Assembly: GCF_006345805.1 (NCBI RefSeq)
Contig: NC_043008.1
Coordinates: 44,020,001-44,084,000, forward strand
DNA length: 64,000 nucleotides
Reading direction: 5' to 3'
Source of the DNA: Octopus sinensis
Taxonomy: Eukaryota
Shown: positions 13,731-27,170 of the stretch, piece after piece
How positions within the stretch are numbered: the stretch's first letter is position 1
How the letters are laid out: each line of letters opens with the position of its first letter
The notes under the pieces: model-generated
What the model saw: the letters and a program-made list of their open reading frames with translations, nothing else
Told to the model about the DNA's origin: nothing
Databases searched by the model: none
Translations under genes and position numbers: made by a program

Positions 13731-14137
13731 TAGGCGCAGGAGTGGCTGTGTGGTAAGTAGCTTGCTAACCAACCACATGGTTCCGGATTCAGTCCCACTG
13801 CGTGACATCTTGGGCAAGTGTCTTCTGCTACAGCCTCGGGCCGACCAAAGCCTTGTGAGTGGATTTGGTAGACGGAAACTGAAAGAAGCGTGTCGTATAT
13901 ATGTATATATATGTATGTGTATGTGTTTGTGTGTCTGTGTTTGTACCCCTAGCATTGCTTGACAACCGATGCTGGTGTGTTTACGTCCCCGTCACTTAGC
14001 GGTTCGGCAAAAGAGACCGATTGAATAAGTACTGGGCTTACAAAGAATAAGTCCCGGGGTCGATTTGCTCGACCAAAGGCGGTGCTCCAGCATGGCCGCA
14101 GTCAAATAACTGAAACAAATAAAAGAGTAAAAAGAGT
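13731..14137 (+). mobile_element. SINE family A, full length
   Basis: taggcgcaggagtggctgtgtggtaag...gttccggattcagtccc head, internal (TA)(TG) run, tail ending aaaagagtaaaaagag. Confidence 0.92.
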
Positions 14138-14182
14138 ATAAGTGTATACCATTCTTTTCAAAAAGCCATCTCAGTTATGATT

Positions 14183-14510
14183 GTGGCGAGCTGGCAGAAA
14201 TGTTTCTATGCCATCGAAATGCTTAGCGGTATTTCGTCTGCTGCAACGTTCTGAGTTCAAATTCCACCGAGGTCGATTTGCCTTTCATCCTTTCGGGCTC
14301 GATTAAATAAGTACCAGCTACGCACTGGAGTCGATGTCATCGACTTAATACCTATGTCTGTCTTTGTTTGTCCCCTCTGTGTTTAGCCCCTTATGGGTAG
14401 TAAAGAAATAGGTATTTCGTCTGCCTTTACGTTCTGGGTTCAAATTCCGCCGAGGTCGACTTTACCTTTCATCCTTTCGGGCTAGATAAATTAAGTACCA
14501 GTTACGCACT
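14183..14510 (+). mobile_element. SINE family B dimer
   Basis: Head + body + tail, then restart at GGTATTTC at 14411 (internal copy at 14228; period 183). Confidence 0.88.
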
Positions 14511-15595
14511 TTTTGAGCCATCTTCAAATTAAATCTACCTTAGGATAGTAACAGTTAATGTGTTGCTAAAAGATCACTCGTAATAATTCCATTCAACACT
14601 GTACTACGTTAAACAATGATGTACTTAATACTCCTCAGTAAATACTAATTTATTAAAATCTCCATTATGGTAGGAATGAAAAAAAAACATTTCATAAAAC
14701 CCTAGCGTCAGTTATTAGTAACTCTGAAAGAAAAGGGGGAAATAACTTGAAGAAAATGAGAATTAATGTCTCCTAGCATAATGGCGTGTATGTTAGTTGG
14801 GCTTCGCATTAATAATATAACTTACAAGTTACAATTGTACAACCAATTTGTCAAATAGTCTTTATATTAAATGACTAGGTCGTTTGTTTGCATCTCGATC
14901 GATATTGGAAAATATGTATAGATTCACTTTGACCGAATGACCTGTAATAATTTTATTTTAATACATTTCGTGGACAATACTTTCTTAGATCATTTATCAA
15001 TGTCACAATCTGCGCTCTATCGAACTGGTATTATACCAAAGGATTTAGTCGTATACTTTCCTTAAAGTGGACTAATATATTTGAATTTACTTACCATAAA
15101 ATGTACTAAGACACTCCGTCCACAGAGTTAATCTAGGCTTCGCACCATGATCTACTTTCAGTATCAGACAAAATATTCCACTCGTGTTTTTTTTTTCCAT
15201 ATAACGGAGGGTGATTGCCCAAGTATGTTATGAAACAATACTGTCGTCGGTTGTTCATTAAATATATAGTATCTTATTTACAGGAAATTTATCTGTGTCA
15301 TGCCTTTCTTTACTGCTATATTATAGAATAAACGTTTGTGTTTATATATAATATATGTGCGAGTGCTTGCGTGTGTGTTTTATGTGTGTGTGAGTGTGTA
15401 TGTGTGAGTGTTAGCCTACTATATATGTAAACGATTATATGCATATATGAATAAAATTTCTTTACATTATAACAAAAATGTGTTTGTCTATGTACTTACA
15501 TATTCACGAATTCATGATTATGGATATAGAAGCACATACACACTAGTCATGCACACATAAGTGCATATGTATATATATGTGTATGTATATGTGTT

Positions 15596-15697
<102 letters not shown>

Positions 15698-15760
15698 TAT
15701 ATATCTACATATGTATGTAAATATATATGGGTGTCTGCATATATATTGACATATGTATGA

Positions 15761-15804
<44 letters not shown>

Positions 15805-18647
15805 TACATATACATATATTATATATATATATACTATATATATATATGTATATATATGTATATATATGTATGTATTTATGTATACATACATCCATACATA
15901 AATATGTATGTATACGTATCACTCTAATCCAAAGATGTTTCCAACGCTACGCTTTAATGAATACCAACTAGAATCTATTAGACGGGGATAAGACCATCAA
16001 AAAGATTCATATCTTGTAACTCACTCATGTGGAACCCCCTGACCCGTGGACGATGTGATAGTATGGTCAATGTATCGGAGGACACTTTCATATTACAGTA
16101 CAGAAATGGACCAATTATTATAGATACTATTTATGCAAAACTAATTAAAAACATAACAGGATTCTTTACTTATATTATTATACGTATTATAAAAGGCATT
16201 AGATGGACAAATTGAGAGAGCTTTCTACTAATTACTTATTTAATTTGCATTTTGATTTCAAAACTGTTGATATTGCACTAAGTTCGTTCTATGTTAGTCG
16301 TCGATAAAGGGAATGCACCGATTCCTCACATGTTCCGGTATCTAATTTTTACCGATTAGAACCGTTCTTTAAATCGTTTGGCTTTGTACTACGGTCAGAA
16401 ATTATTAGCTATTTTAATACTAATTTCGGTGGAAGTGCAGCAGTATTAATAGGTCGGAAATACAGTACTTCTTTCAATCTCATTTTCATTTTCTCCTTCT
16501 TTTACTTCATCTGCATATTCTACCGCCTCCTTTCAACCCTTCTTCTCCTCCATCTCCTCTTTTTCTTCTCCTCTTCCTCGTCTTCCACCTCCTTCCACAT
16601 TTTCTCCCTCTCTTCTCCACCTCCTAACAATCATCAAAATAATATTCATAAGGAAAACAAAAAATAATAACCATGATAATAATAATGGCTTCAAATTGAG
16701 GCCGAATCGTTATCACTTCGGACAAAATTCTTAGCGGTATTTCGTCCCTCCTTAAGTACAGGATTAAAATTCCCTTGAGGTAGACTTTGCCCTTCATCCT
16801 TTCAGGGTCGACCAAATAAATGCCGGTCAATCACTGGGGGAGTCGATGTAATTGACTAGCCCTCATCTCCCCCAAATATCAGGCGTTGTACGTCTAGCAG
16901 AAAGGTATATTTTGACACTACACTATACAACAAGGAATATTCTAACTCTATACCGCATCCATAACAGAGCCGCGTACCGAATATAATATAATTATCCCAA
17001 GAAATTAACGAAGTTTGTGTTGACCAAGAGGTTGTATCTGATTAACAGAAAGGATTGAGATTAAAGGCTCTCAGTGTTTGACAAAAGTATATAGTAAAAT
17101 TCGGTAAGGAAATCATCACATACGACCAAATAACAGCCAAGTAGAGATATACATTGAATACCAGTTATGGTTTGAGATTAACAAATAAAAATAAAAATCT
17201 GTCTGCCATGCAAAATATGGAATGTGGTATAATATAGGCAATATAAACACTGTCCTTTGAACGTTTGAAAATGTAAGAAAACAAATTAAAAAACCGGCAA
17301 ATGAATTTAATAGAAGGAAGAGAATGTATGTATATATATGGGTATATATGTATGTATATATGTATGTATGTATGTGTGTATATATGTATGTATGTGCGTA
17401 TGTATGTATGTATCTATGTGCGTATGTATGTGTGTATATATGTATGTATGTGCGTATGTATGTATGTATGTATGTACGTATATGTATGTGTATATATGTG
17501 TGTATGTGTGTATGTGTGTATGTATGTATGTATATATGTATGTATGTGTTATCCAGTTTCATTTCAAAGTTCCTTGCCAATAGACAGATGTTTTCTACCC
17601 TTCGTCCAAGGTTCCTTCATTGAAATTTCAACATCAACAGAGTATCTTTGCATATACGTGTGTAAATGTGCAGCATTTGCAGTCATTGCACGTGCTGCTG
17701 ATTTGTATATTCCGTTGTAGGAATGCATTCTCATGCATATCTAGACATGCGCAGATATACTGAAATGATAAACTACGCGCACACACACAAACACATATAT
17801 TCTTATTAATTACATATGTCGCACTCACCCTTTTTTTAGTTATATGCCAAAGATACCTCAGTCAACTGCAGCTTATATTGTTGTCTAGGATCCCATGTTA
17901 ACTCACGGCAGATTTGATCGAAAATGTGTGACGAGAAGCTTATAAATTCTTACACCTTGATCCTTCGACCAAATTACTATATGTTCCGACTTTTGTGAAC
18001 ACTTACAGATGAATTGGGGACAAATGTGATTGTCCTGTTAAGCCTATTCTTTATAGTTTTATTGTTTTGACTTCCAGCAATTAGAAACTGTAGACGTAAC
18101 GTTTATATGAACTCGAATAAAATTGAGATTACAAATGTTTTAGCATGAGGAAAATGTATTCGATTGGGGTACATAATGAATCCAAGAGCTCTTCTCCTTT
18201 TGCGAGGAGTTTGTCCAGACTTGCGGCTTCTAATGAATATATGTTATTTAGGCTTTCCGTGGAAGACATGGGAATAGAAGAAAAATGAATATAAACTTGT
18301 TACGAAAGGGTATTCCTGTTGCCAATAAAACCGAACATATGAAAGTCGTGATTCACATTACCAATGAACTGTTTGACGAAAAAGGGTGGAAAGCCTTCAC
18401 TATTCTTTCATAAAAATTATTTCCCTTTTGTTCTCTCACTGTACTTTCCACGTATTTTCAATTAATTCCTCTGCGAGTTAACATAGAATCCCTTGACAAC
18501 ATCATAACCTTCATTTGGCTAAGGTGTCTTTGGCCCAATGAGTAGCTAGCGGATTACCCCTTATTTGGGTAATTATTACTTGCGAGATTGTAATAGCAAT
18601 GAAGCATATGTAAAACTGGATTTTTATCTACTCTATTCCCTATAATC

Positions 18648-18860
18648 TTTTACTCTTTTACTTGTTTCTGTAATTTGACTGTGGCCATGCTGAAGCAACG
18701 CCTTTTAGTCGAACAAATCGACGCCAGGACTTATTCTTTGTAATTACTTATTCTATCGGTTTCTTTTGCCGAACCGCTAAGTTAGGGGACGTAGACAGAC
18801 CAGCATCGGTTGTCAAGCGATGTTGAGGGAACAAACAGAGACACACAAATATATACACAC
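18648..18860 (-). mobile_element. SINE family A tail module only
   Basis: Matches the post-microsatellite half of family A; abuts a ~400-bp TA-rich run with no head beyond it. Confidence 0.8.
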
Positions 18861-18877
18861 ACATGCATATATATATA

Positions 18878-18935
<58 letters not shown>

Positions 18936-19039
18936 CATATATGTATGTATGTATATGTATATATTTATACATATGTATATATGTATGTATATATATATAT
19001 ATATGTATGTATATGTATACATATACACATATATATATA

Positions 19040-19074
<35 letters not shown>

Positions 19075-20186
19075 ATATATATGTATATGTATATGTATAT
19101 GTATATATATATAATATATATATATATATGTATGTATATCTATATATATGTATATGTATATATATATATATGTGTGTGTATATATATGTATATATAAGTA
19201 TATGTATATATATGTATATGTATGCATATGTATATATATACACACATTTATATGTACATATATATGTATATAATACAATTTCATATAACAAAGCTACCCC
19301 AGTTAAACAGTTGTGCTCCATGGAGAGGCTAAAAAACCTGATACTTAACATTTCTCCAGACATAATTTATTTCTCCTTGAAAAATGAAATGTTTCCTGTC
19401 GGATGTGTTTTGAAGAGCATTTGTTTATATTTTCCTGTAGGTGAAGGGACCGTTTAAATATTCCCTCCACAGGTGAAATTTATTAGTTTAAAACATATAT
19501 AGCAATAAATTATTTATGTGATTAATCTATGAATTTTAATTAACTCTTCAAATACGGCTTATGCATTATTAATGTATAACTCAAGCTAAATATTTTGCAG
19601 GATTTTCCAATAAATCTGCATATTAATCAGAAACATACGGTGGGTTATGTATTTGTGGTACTCGCCCAGAGTCTCGTATCGAGATGTTGTGTTCTAGCGA
19701 AACTGATATTCGATGATGTTCCTCCACCTTAAATATACATAGATTAAGGATGTTAAAAAATTAATGCTAAATAGCGATATTTCGCGTAGGATTTTATAGC
19801 ATTTTAATGTGACAGGCGATATATGCCTTTTAATATTACGTTTAATGTGATGTATAATATCTAAAGCGATGGGTTGGCAGAATTCGTAGCATGCAGGGTA
19901 AAACGCTTATCCGCGTTTCGCTTATTTTTACGCTCGGTGTTCAATTGCTATGAGGGTCTCCTTTGACTATTATCCTTTCGGGATCGTTAAAATAAGTATC
20001 AAATTAACACAGGGTCAACGAAATTGACTTGCACTTTGCCCATGAAATTGCTGGTCATCTGTCAAGTGTTGACACCAGTGTTTTATAATAAAGTTTTAGC
20101 AAAAGCTCGGAATAATAATATAATAGTAGATACAGATAAAATAAAAAAGGAAACCGAATGAGAACCCATGTTCAAATTTCCGCAAG

Positions 20187-20230
20187 ACACCTGAAGAAGG
20201 CTGGAGGGTATATCAGCCGAAACGTTGTGT
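20187..20230 (+). ncRNA. Minimal type I hammerhead ribozyme with intact core (Penelope-type)
   Basis: ACAC / CTGAAGA (20191-20197) / extra A / GGCTG-GAGGGTATAT-CAGCC / GAAA / palindromic ACGT / T (GUU triplet) / GTGT. Confidence 0.85.
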
Positions 20231-20799
20231 TAACAACAAACAAGATGAGAACAAATGTCCGTCGAATGTAAATAATGTAAATAGAGTGAATTTAGTTGCC
20301 ACCGAAGAAATGGAGAAAAAGGGAGATGGCTGTTAGGTCTCGAGGATTCACGTTTTCACTGAAAGAAAGAGTAGACAAGAAGATGAAAAGAGAGGAGGAA
20401 GGTTAGAGAAATAGAAAGTACAACTTCTTGGGCCTCAAGAGATCATAGCTTTCCAATAACGAGAGACTTGGGGTGGATGTAGCTGTCTTCAAAATAAATC
20501 TGGATTTCCTCTAGTCAAGAGGGGCGGCTGGAAACGGAAAATACTACAGCAACATCAAACTCTCTCATTCCCCAAAAGCGATGCATCAGATGACCTTTTA
20601 AATATTGAAATGAAGCAGAGCTAGCAACGGTGTCCCACCATGAACGCACTTGTGAAACTTTAATTAGCAAAAACAATTAATTAATTTTTTTATATTTGCG
20701 TATATATTTATATTTATGTATTTATTTATGTGTGCATATGTATTTATATGTATGTATATGTATAGAAATGCAAACGTACGTATAAAGAGGCTTAATCCT

Positions 20800-21120
20800 T
20801 CTATTAAGTGATGTAACTCGTTCAAATAGCACTTACTTATAGACTTTTCCCTTCTGCACACAAAATACAACTGTATGACTACTCGTTATTGTCTCCTTCG
20901 CAATTGATACATTTTTGCTCATTCGTTGATCCCCAGAAACTATCGAATTGTCATTGAATAAATCCAGTTCATGGCCCATTGGTTGTGAGTTAGATTCCTG
21001 GACCGGGTTGTATATTACGTTCTTGAGCAAATCATTTTATTTCTCGTCAATCCAGTTCAGTAAATTGTGGATAATAACTTGCCACGCTTCTGGTGCCAAG
21101 ATGTATATCGCCGGTTGCCT
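20800..21120 (-). pseudogene. Mariner transposase C-terminal remnant, copy 1
   Basis: Ends QKCINCEGDNNE* (stop 20879-20881), like mariner QKCIxxxGDYxE*; ELDLFND upstream; ~80% similar to 22310-22515. Confidence 0.65.
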
Positions 21121-21931
21121 TTTTGTTTTTTTGCACAACATCGGTGACATGGAGATGGGAAACAGATATGCATAGGTAACCACTGGTCTTCCATAAACAA
21201 CTATCTCCGGAATTGTACCTCAGAGAGGAACGTTCTAAGCGCAATCCCATTGTCGTTCGCGACAAGAAGGAAACTTTACGTACCTATATAAAGTCATTTT
21301 GTGGGGTTTGCTTCTAAATTTCCCAAATTATTCGTAACGAATAAATTTGGTAATACTTCAGTTTGAATCTTAACCAAAATGTGTTGTCGTAAACGTAATT
21401 GGCCAATTAATTCAATAATTGGACAGCAGAAGTGAAGCACTATAATTGTATCTCTACTATTGTTGAGGCGAGTGAAAAAGGAAAAATTTGCCATGCATTG
21501 TTGGGTGGTTTGAGACCTTTAAGCAAAGTAGACAGCTTTTTCATACATGATGGCAATTATATTACTATAACGAAGATTCACAGCAAAAGTTTCTGCTTAT
21601 GTGTGCATGATTGTGGATGTCTGTAATTGAATATCGTTTATGCGTAGCGCATGTGCAATGATATGTATTGAAAATGGAAACACACACTCACACACACACA
21701 CACCCGCGCGTATGCACATTTTATATATATACATATACAGGTATGCGTAGGAGCACGCACACATGTATTATTTGTGAGATAAATGTTCGCCTTTAGATAC
21801 TGCACTCTTATTCTGTCTAAAGTGGTAAAATATTTTAAGGCCATGTTGTCATTTATTTGTCACACGCTGGCAGCAAAAGACAAAAGTATTGAAGGATACT
21901 GTTTACTTGCTGATTATATATATATGTCTGC

Positions 21932-21964
<33 letters not shown>

Positions 21965-22155
21965 ATATATATATAATATATATATATATTATATATATAT
22001 ATATATATATATGATATCAACAATAATAATAACAAGGTTTATTCCAAAGTATATAGCATTACCATTATTATTTTAATATATACAGCTTTACTTAGACCTA
22101 CACACCAGTAAATGTTTGGAGTAACCCTTTACTATTTACATATATATATATATTT

Positions 22156-22210
<55 letters not shown>

Positions 22211-22344
22211 TATATATATATAATATGTATGTGTGTGTGTGTCTATAGATATATACACATGCACCCCACTGCACACATACAAGAATGTATATGAGAGTTT
22301 TAACAAGAGAAATGCAAGTGTAGGAATAAATAGGCTTAACTCTT

Positions 22345-22660
22345 CTATTAAGTTATGTAACTCGTTCAAATAGCACTTACTTATAGAATTTTCCCTCCTG
22401 CACAAAAACTACAACTATATGACTAATCATTATTGTCTCCTTCGCAATCGATACTTTTTTGTGCATTCGTTGACCCCCACCGACTCTCGAATCGTCATTG
22501 AAAAAATCCAGCTCTGCATTGTATTTTTTTATTCACTTCATCACAATCAATTCCACTTCGTCTTTGCTATCAAATCTTTGTCCACAAAGAGTTGTTGTCA
22601 ACAGAGTGACAGATCTGGACTCTGTTGTGGATCGGTGACCACTGACCAATGCAATTTGAA
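22345..22660 (-). pseudogene. Mariner transposase C-terminal remnant, copy 2
   Basis: WSVVTDPQQSPDLSLC (cf. WEVLPHPPYSPDLAPCD), GQRFDSKDEV, QKSIDCEGDNND* (stop 22423-22425), with frameshifts. Confidence 0.75.
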
Positions 22661-23570
22661 GATTGCCTAGTTAGTTACTAAAGTGCATTTCTTTGATAAA
22701 TATGAATCCTTTTGAAATTTGTGTTCGGTACCTTCCTCCCATTGAGACCTCTAAAATTTTTGAGGATGCAAACTCAGTTTTCATAATATTTGCATTCCTG
22801 ATTAATAAGAAGCGAGACGCTCTTTTTCATGCCACCCACCCCCAAGAACAATCACATGATTTTCTTTACCGATCGCTGGCTGTTGAAATCCTTTGGCCTT
22901 CTTGAAAGGCAAGCCAGATTTATTGTCACGGTGTCGAATGTGAAACGAAATAATTTTTTCTAAACTTTATGGATTAAGTAAATAAAATTTAATTAAACTT
23001 TCAACGATATCGTTTCAATGGTATACTCCCTAATATTTAATATAGTTACTGTATCAATATGGCTGAATATCTTCAGTAAGTAGTAAACAAGGCTATGTTA
23101 TTGAATTAATAACACAACATTTAAAATGAAGGCATTCTAGTATATTAGATGTCAACAAAAAGACACAAATATCAGAGCGAAAGAGAGAGAGGCAGACAGA
23201 CAGAGGGAAGAGAGAAAGAGACGGAGTGTGTACTACACAAAGGGAGGGAGAGAGAGACAGAAGCGATGAAGTGGAGGAGAGAGAAGAAGAGAAGAAGAGA
23301 GAGAGAGAGGGAGGAAGAGAGAGATTAGTGAACCTAATTTCAAATTTACGTACAGACTACAATATTTTTCGGAATACTTCTTTCTTTTTCTACTGCGAGA
23401 AAATCAATGCAAGTGTTTGTATATATACGGCCACAGTTAAAAAGTATGCTATTTTACAGGCCAGTCAAATATGATCTGTTTGTGCTCGACCGTTATCTTG
23501 TGTTTTTGCTACATACGCACGCACACACACACATACACACAAATATTTATTTATATATGTATATATATCT

Positions 23571-23610
<40 letters not shown>

Positions 23611-23826
23611 GTATGTAATATATATGTATGTATATATATATATATATATTAATAATAAATATTAGGGAATAAATCCAAATTTACAGGGAAAAAATCAGAT
23701 TTAGGATTAAATCGATTTTATAGTAAAATATTATAAAATATTATTCGAGACAAAACCACTATTTTGCAAAACAAACAAGGAAAGACTTAATCAATACATA
23801 AAATTTAATAAATAGTCAAAAAACCG

Positions 23827-23869
23827 CCACTACAATCGTTTCTTGTCTTGATCGACAATCTTCAGGTGG
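23827..23869 (-). ncRNA. Type I hammerhead ribozyme with intact core, GUA triplet
   Basis: On minus: CCAC / CTGAAGA / TTGTC-GATCAA-GACAA / GAAA / C-GATT-GT / A / GTGG. Confidence 0.85.
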
Positions 23870-26509
23870 ACTTCCAATCTAAAAAAATCAATATTTTAAA
23901 ATATAAAAATAATAATTTTAAAATAATTAAAGTATGAATGAAAAAATATAAGTATATAATCCATATATAACCTATCTATAATCCATATATAATCAATATA
24001 TAAACAATATAAACTAAAAAAACCTATCAACAATTAAATATAAAATATAAAATATAAAATATAAAAGATAAAATAATTAAAACAAAAAAAAAAAAAAAAT
24101 AATAATATAATAATAATACTATATATAAACCATACGCATATACCTAATTATATATAACCATATCTAACTACATACACTAAATCACACACCTATATATATA
24201 TCTCCCTATACATACACATAAAAATGTCTAGGCAACTATAAATAAATAAAATAGCTAAATACTTCAACACAATACTTATTCATACTCCCACACACACACA
24301 CATACAACCCACATTCACGCTCTAGAAAACGGACATCACTCAAAACTATGAACGGAGAAATAGAATAAATGGAATTAAAAAATATTCACTTGGTAAAACG
24401 AAACTACTTAAAAATTATGAATGATGAAACAATGCAATAAAACAACAGACATCGCAAATAGACACAAATTACTACAAATTCCTTATAAACCTACCATGAT
24501 AACCAAAACTCATAAAAACATATAATGATAAAATCTCCCTTTACTAAACTCTATAACAAACCTATATAGCAATCCCCCTAACCTAAACATTCACACACAA
24601 TACAACACGTAAACCACACACCCACGACATATACAAATACCCACACCACTTACACATACCAATACATACATATAACCTCAACATATACTCCAAAAACCCA
24701 CTCAACCCCACACAGACAAATAAACACAAAAATTATGAATGGATTCTTTTATAAAACTACCATGATAAGCTAAAACTCACAAAACAGAAATGATAAAACC
24801 TCCCTTTACTAAACACTAAAGCATACTTATATAGCAATTCCTTTAACCTATACATCACACACAACAAAACCACTCGTAAACCCACACCCATAACAAATAC
24901 AAACTCCCACCACTCACACACACCCACAAGTACATATAAGCCTCAACATATACACCAAACAAAATACTTTACCAAGGAACTTAACATATATAAAAAGTAT
25001 AACCGCTCTGGAAACGAACATCTCTAATTAATGAATGGAGAAATGGAATAAATGGAATTAAAAATAAAATTCACGTGGCAAAACGAACACCACTCAAAAA
25101 TTATGAATGAACAATATAATAAAACAACAACATCGAAAAAAGACAAATTACTACGAATTCCCTAAAAAAACCATGATAAACCAAAACTCTTAAAAAACAT
25201 AACGATAAATCTCCCTTTGCTAAACTCTATAACAAACATATATAGTAATCCCCCTAACCTAAACATTCACACACAAACACACACGTAAACCACAGACCCA
25301 CGACTTATACACATACCAAAACTAACTTATAAACCTCCATATACACCAAACCCACTCCCTCCCACACAGACAAATTAACTCATACATCCAAAACCTAAAT
25401 AACAAACCCATATACACATTCACACACAAACACACACACACGCAAAACACACACACACAACAGATACATATACTCCCTCACATATACGCATATACATACT
25501 CACTAAACTCAATATATACAACAATATTTACACACCCACACTCATACAGATAAATAAATTATACAACTAAAACTCGCACACAATCTCATATACATAAACA
25601 CTCCTATGAAAACAACATTAAATACATCGTAAATAACCAGAATATCAAAAATAACAATATGACATAAAGGTAAATAAAATACATACTTACAATTCAGTGT
25701 CAAATTATGAAGTGAAATTAAATTCTTAGCCATTAAAAAATCAAACCAAAATACGTTACCATAGAAATAATATGTAAAAAAAGACTAACAAACAACTTGC
25801 AGTAACCCAAACCATTCTCTATGCCTACCTCACTACTACACTATTCCATTCACAATTCCAAACAACGCTAGTCCACCTCCCGGTTATTCACGTGGCAAAA
25901 CGAACACCACTCAAAAATTATGAATGAAACAATGTAATAAAACAACCAACATCGAAAATAGACAAATTACCACGAATTCCCTAAAAAACCATGATAAACC
26001 AAAACTCCTAAAAACATATAACGATAAATCTCCCTTTGTAAACTCTATAACAAACCTATATAGCAATCTCCCTAACCTAAACATTCACACACAAATACAC
26101 ACTCGTAAACCACAGACCCACGACTTATACACATACCTATACTAACTTATAAACCTCAATATACATAGGGAGATATATATATAGGTGTGTGATTTAGTGT
26201 ATGTAGTTAGATATGGTTATATATAATTAGGTATATGCGTATGGGTGTATATATAGTTTATTATTATATTATTATTATTTTTTTTGTTTTGTTTTATATT
26301 TTATATTTTATATTTTATATTTTTATATTTTATATTTTATATTTAATTGTTGATAGGTTTTTTTAGTTTATATATTGTTATATATTGATTATATATGGAT
26401 ATAGATAGGTTATATATGGATTATATACTTATATTTTTTCATTCATACTTTAATTATTTTAAAATTATTATTTTTATATTTTAAAATATTGATTTTTTAG
26501 ATTGGAAGT

Positions 26510-26552
26510 CCACCTGAAGATTGTCGATCAAGACAAGAAACGATTGTAGTGG
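26510..26552 (+). ncRNA. Type I hammerhead ribozyme, identical to 23827-23869
   Basis: CCAC 26510-26513, CTGAAGA 26514-26520, stem II TTGTC/GACAA, GAAA 26537-26540, GTA 26546-26548, GTGG 26549-26552. Confidence 0.85.
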
Positions 26553-26780
26553 CGGTTTTTTTTGACTATTTATTAAAATTTTATGTATTGATTAAGTCTT
26601 TCCTTGTTTGTTTTGCAAAATAGTGGTTTTGTCTCGAATAATATTTTATAATATATATATATAGATATATATTATATATATTATATATATTATAATGTAT
26701 GTATATTATATGTATGTATGATATATATGTATGTACATATATGTATTATATATATATGCACATATATATATATATGTATG

Positions 26781-26813
<33 letters not shown>

Positions 26814-26915
26814 TATATAATTATATATATATATATCTATAATATACATATATATATATATATATATATCTATTATATATATATATATACATATATACAT
26901 ATATATATATATAAT

Positions 26916-27170
26916 AAATGCGCCCTTTTTAAAGTCTAGCCAGGCTTATGGGCCCGGTTTCCCGGTTTCTATGGCGTATGTGTACCCCAGCTGGACGGGA
27001 CGCCAGTCCATCACAGCGTTACTCATTTTTGCCAGCTGAGTGGACTGGAGCAAAGAGAAATGAAGTCTTTTGTTCAAGAACACAATGCCCCGCTCGGTCC
27101 AGGAATCGTAACCATAATCTTACGATAATGATGCTGACACCCTAACCACTAAGCCACGCGTCTCCACACA
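26916..27170 (-). mobile_element. tRNA-derived SINE family C (V-domain-like core)
   Basis: Minus: A box TGGCTTAGTGG, B-box-like GGTTACGATTCC, then gtgatggactggcgtcccgtccag, resembling the V-SINE central domain. Confidence 0.75.

Larger units (their letters stand above)
23661..26654. mobile_element. 3-kb non-coding element with ~480-bp inverted terminal arms, each carrying an HHR (Penelope-like inverted pLTR structure)
   Basis: 23728-24208 is the reverse complement of 26166-26654; flanked by (TA)n on both sides; C/A-rich, G-poor body with internal ~280-300-bp direct repeats; no RT ORF. Confidence 0.8.

Noticed and set aside
15089-15190. Possible minus-strand host exon ending ATG|GTAAGT
   Set aside because: Good donor, but no recognisable peptide or convincing acceptor; it cannot be supported without RNA-seq or homology.
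18050-18560. Non-repetitive stretch with short protein-like frames (e.g. [15 protein letters not shown])
   Set aside because: Multiple stops in all frames and no motif I can assign; TBLASTX would be needed.
20833-21030. ORF with SGDQR...VSIAKE resembling an ABC-transporter signature
   Set aside because: An alternative frame and the paralog at 22345-22660 give mariner motifs (SPDL, QKCINCEGD), so this is an off-frame reading of a transposase relic.
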